Part shown: positions 46,491 to 47,365 of the stretch, one piece after another | Numbering within the stretch: the first letter of the stretch is position 1 | How the letters are laid out: each line of letters begins with the position of its first letter | Assembly (NCBI GenBank): GCA_038215615.1 | Contig: JBBQQR010000015.1 | Coordinates: 1-47,365, forward strand | Source of the DNA: Vulcanimicrobiales bacterium | Lineage (GTDB): Bacteria; Vulcanimicrobiota; Vulcanimicrobiia; Vulcanimicrobiales; Vulcanimicrobiaceae | Reading direction: 5' to 3' | DNA length: 47,365 nucleotides | Made by a program: the position numbers and the translations under genes | The notes under the pieces: model-generated | The model's input: the letters and a program-made list of their open reading frames with translations, nothing else | Databases searched by the model: none | Told to the model about the DNA's origin: nothing

Positions 46491-47327
46491 GTGATCAAGC
46501 ACGATGTCGTGGTCATCGGTGGCGGCCTAGCCGGCATGCGCGCCGCCGTGGAAGCGGCCGAGCGCGGGGCCGACGTTGCCATCGTCAGCAAGATGCACCC
46601 GGTCCGCAGCCACTCCGGCGCGGCCCAGGGCGGCATCAACGCCGCTCTAGGCAACACGGCCGAAGACACGCCCGCAAACCACGCCTTCGACACCGCGAAG
46701 GGCTCCGATTACCTGGGCGACCAGGACGCCATCGAGGCGATGTGCGACGACGCCCCGCGGCAGATCATCTGGCTCGAGCACCGCGGCTGCATCTTCTCGC
46801 GGCTGCCCGACGGCAGGCTGGCGCAACGCCCCTTCGGCGGCGCCGGGTCTCCCCGCACGTGTTACAGCGCCGACGTCACCGGGCTGGTTATCTTGCACAC
46901 CCTCTGGGAACAGCTCGAGCGCTTTAACGTCAAAGTCTACGAAGAGTATTTCTGCACCGCGCTGTGCACCGAAGACGGCGTCGGCACCGGCGTTGTCGCC
47001 TACAACATGCGCAACGGCGCACTCGAGTTGATCACCGCCAAAGCCACTATTTTGGCGACCGGCGGCTGTGGCCGTATGTACGCGAAAACAACCAACGGCT
47101 ACGCTTCAACAGCCGATGGACTTGGAATCGCGTTCCGCGCGGGCTTGCCCATCATGGACATGGAGTTCGTGCAGTTTCATCCCACGTCGCTCAAAGAGAA
47201 CGGCGTGCTGCTTTCGGAAGCCGCGCGCGGCGAAGGCGCTCACCTATTGAATTCGCTGGGCGAGCGGTTCATGTCGCAGGCACCACCGGAATCCACAATC
47301 AAAATGTCGGCACTGACCGGCTCATAG
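46491..47327 (+). CDS. sdhA: Succinate dehydrogenase/fumarate reductase flavoprotein, N-terminal part (homology ends near 47273)
   Basis: IGGGLAG, RSHSGAAQGG, QRPFGG, ATGG, DMEFVQFHPT, EAARGEG, GERFM; then unrelated sequence and a stop. Confidence 0.85.
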   Translation: MIKHDVVVIGGGLAGMRAAVEAAERGADVAIVSKMHPVRSHSGAAQGGINAALGNTAEDTPANHAFDTAKGSDYLGDQDAIEAMCDDAPRQIIWLEHRGCIFSRLPDGRLAQRPFGGAGSPRTCYSADVTGLVILHTLWEQLERFNVKVYEEYFCTALCTEDGVGTGVVAYNMRNGALELITAKATILATGGCGRMYAKTTNGYASTADGLGIAFRAGLPIMDMEFVQFHPTSLKENGVLLSEAARGEGAHLLNSLGERFMSQAPPESTIKMSALTGS

Positions 47328-47365
47328 GCAGCACGGGGTGCAACGGTGCCTTTGGCAACCAGAAT

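Noticed and set aside
1..47365. CRISPR array, transposase, prophage or rRNA
   Set aside because: No regularly spaced repeats or recognisable genes of these kinds were seen.

Overview
Bacterial chromosomal segment of roughly 60% GC (estimated by eye). The gene mix suggests a diderm Terrabacterium such as Ca. Eremiobacterota/Vulcanimicrobiota (inference): cdaA-cdaR-glmM synteny, a c-di-AMP riboswitch and an SLH lipoprotein occur together with an outer-membrane secretin. In order: the 3' part of an alpha-2-macroglobulin gene; small secreted proteins around a Xer-family recombinase preceded by a 28-bp dif-like site; a DNA glycosylase; mdh, citrate synthase and glcF; STAS and DUF1835 genes; tRNA-Gln with a duplicated 3' end; a c-di-AMP riboswitch-controlled NlpC/P60 gene directly after the cdaA-cdaR-glmM operon; rsgA-rpsT; mscS; priA-aroBKC; a DUF4160/DUF2442 toxin-antitoxin pair with a frameshifted toxin; an 11-kb type IV pilus operon that embeds a SigB/SigF-type sigma factor, a CcdA-like protein and a TPR protein; a lipid kinase and PAP2 gene; a VOC pseudogene; ftsZ-ftsA-ftsQ; Cof HAD; dnaE; and an sdhA-like gene that breaks at an apparently chimeric junction near the window end. 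All family calls come from recognising motifs by eye; no searches were run.
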